Part shown: in pieces, positions 62,796 to 64,000 of the stretch
Numbering within the stretch: position 1 is the first letter of the stretch
Layout: every line of letters begins with the position of its first letter
DNA from: Camelus ferus
Taxonomy: Eukaryota
Reading direction: 5' to 3'
Assembly (NCBI RefSeq): GCF_009834535.1
Contig: NC_045697.1
Span: forward strand, 17,238,001-17,302,000
Length of the DNA stretch: 64,000 nucleotides
Notes under the pieces: generated by a model
What the model was told of the DNA's origin: nothing
Seen by the model: only the letters and a program-made list of their open reading frames with translations
Databases searched by the model: none
Translations under genes and position numbers: made by a program

Positions 62796-62837
62796 CACAC
62801 ACACGCACACACGCGCGCACACACACACATACACACA
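62796..62837. repeat. mixed (CA)/(CG) alternating purine-pyrimidine tract
   Basis: 42 bp of perfect alternation including cgcgcg. Confidence 0.9.
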
Positions 62838-63806
62838 GTCGGGCGTACGCCAGCTCCTGGATAGCTGGAGTTTGCCCAGCCGAAGGGGTCGTTGGCTCTA
62901 GACAATCCGGAGGAGGCGTGGGGAGGCACGGGGAGCACCCGGGCCCCGCCAGATCGGGCAGAGTGGCCTGGAGAAATCCTCCAGCGCCTCGGGCAGCTGG
63001 GGCACCCCTCGAGCCCCACAACTCCAGAGCCCGCCCGAACACCTCGGCAGTTCCTGCAAGTTTCTGCTCACAGCGGGGCCTCCCCTTTCCTGTTTGCCTC
63101 GCCCGGAACCCCTGCTTCACGCGCCTGGGCCGCCCTCCCGCATCCCCCCGCCGCGGAGCTCGGCGCCACGCGAGCGGCCGGCGCGCTTCCCGGGAGCTGC
63201 CCAGATGCCCCCACCCGCCGCGGCGGCCCGGCGGTCTGGCTGCAGCTCGCCGCCGTCTCCCGCTGCTGCTACCGCGGCGGCAGGAGCCTCTCCCAGGCTC
63301 CCGGGCGGCCCTTATGTATTATTCACTCGGATGGCCACGGCGCTTTCTGGAGAGCCCACGCCGGAGACGCGAGGTCTGCGCCCGGCGACTACTAGTTCGG
63401 CGATCTCAGTTTCTTGGAAACTGGGGGTGATGCGGGGGAGGCGGAGCGCATTTTTTGGTTGTTTTGCTTTGGGGGTTGGCTTTTTGGCCGGGAGCTCGCA
63501 GGAGCGCGTTGCGCCCTGGGCCCGGGAAGGAGCGCGCCAGAGCCGGCGAGTGCGACGAGCAGCCCCGCCAGCGGCCGAGGCGGGCGGACGGGCTGGGGAA
63601 AATAGATGCCGCGGTGGCCGGGCGAGCCAGGCAGAACGGTGCTCTTTTCCTCGACACCCCCCGCCCGCCGGCCCGCTCCCCCCGCGGCGCTCGCTCCGCC
63701 GGGGCCGGGAATCCCCCGCGCCTCAGACCGCCCTCCGAGTTGCTGCCGCCTTTCACCATTGCTCCTTCACCTCGCCTCCGGCCCCCAACTTTCCCCAGCC
63801 TGGACT

Positions 63807-63859
63807 CGCGCGCGCGTACACACACTTACACACGCACACACGCACACACACACGCACAC
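63807..63859. repeat. (CG)5 plus (CA)/(CG) alternating tract
   Basis: cgcgcgcgcgtacacacac-t-tacacacgcacacacgcacacacacacgcacac. Confidence 0.9.
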
Positions 63860-64000
63860 CCCTCCCCTCCCTCGACTCCAGCTCCACTTCCCCGCGTAGT
63901 TTGGAGATGACAGATGCCTGTAGACTTTCACCAAACAAGCGGTGGGGGCAGCAGACTACAACAGTTCTTTAATTAAAAGGCATTTTTCCTCTCTTTCTCG

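Larger units (their letters stand above)
62590..63900. promoter_or_regulatory. CpG island (probable promoter/first-intron region of an unidentified gene)
   Basis: Abrupt rise in GC and CpG density over about 1.3 kb, versus CpG depletion elsewhere. GC boxes (gggcgg, ccgccc), AP-1 TGACTCA at 62781-62787, no interspersed repeats. Confidence 0.9.

Noticed and set aside
62587..63972. Long ORFs (292, 239, 167, 151, 139 aa) in the CpG island
   Set aside because: They overlap in several frames on both strands, are P/R/A/G-rich, translate microsatellites (THTH, VCVC) and mostly use non-ATG starts. This is expected from stop-codon scarcity in GC-rich DNA.
62590..64000. Assigning a gene name to the CpG island
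   Set aside because: No coding exon or uniquely recognisable sequence is visible, so any symbol would be a guess.
1..64000. CRISPR arrays, operons, defence or other novel multi-gene systems
   Set aside because: No regularly spaced repeats or gene-dense regions; the sequence is ordinary repeat-rich mammalian non-coding DNA.

Overview
Mammalian non-coding DNA, most likely camelid (camel/alpaca/llama), judged from six tRNA-Ala(AGC)-derived SINEs resembling the camelid Vic-1 family and young artiodactyl-type L1 3' ends. A large part of the window is recognisable interspersed repeat: MIR, L2, old and young L1, MaLR/ERVL solo LTRs, and hAT/Tigger MITEs. It ends in a CpG island (about 62.6-63.9 kb). 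LTR and L1 orientation and microsatellite skew suggest the window is the 5' part of a long first intron of a minus-strand gene whose first exon lies in or beyond the island; I cannot name the gene. None of the listed ORFs looks like a real protein-coding gene, and I found no prokaryote-style or clearly novel multi-gene system. The best leads are (1) a minus-strand 52-nt exon / 130-nt GT-AG intron / terminal exon with in-frame stop and AATAAA at 19.25-19.67 kb, (2) three chimeric retroposons, each inside one TSD, including a tRNA-head/L1-tail composite SINE, (3) four insertions breaking at the same site of the L1 3' UTR, (4) two co-oriented strong CTCF motifs, and (5) a local 107-bp duplication. 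Repeat family names come from recalled consensus sequences, not a database search. Boundaries of old repeats are approximate.
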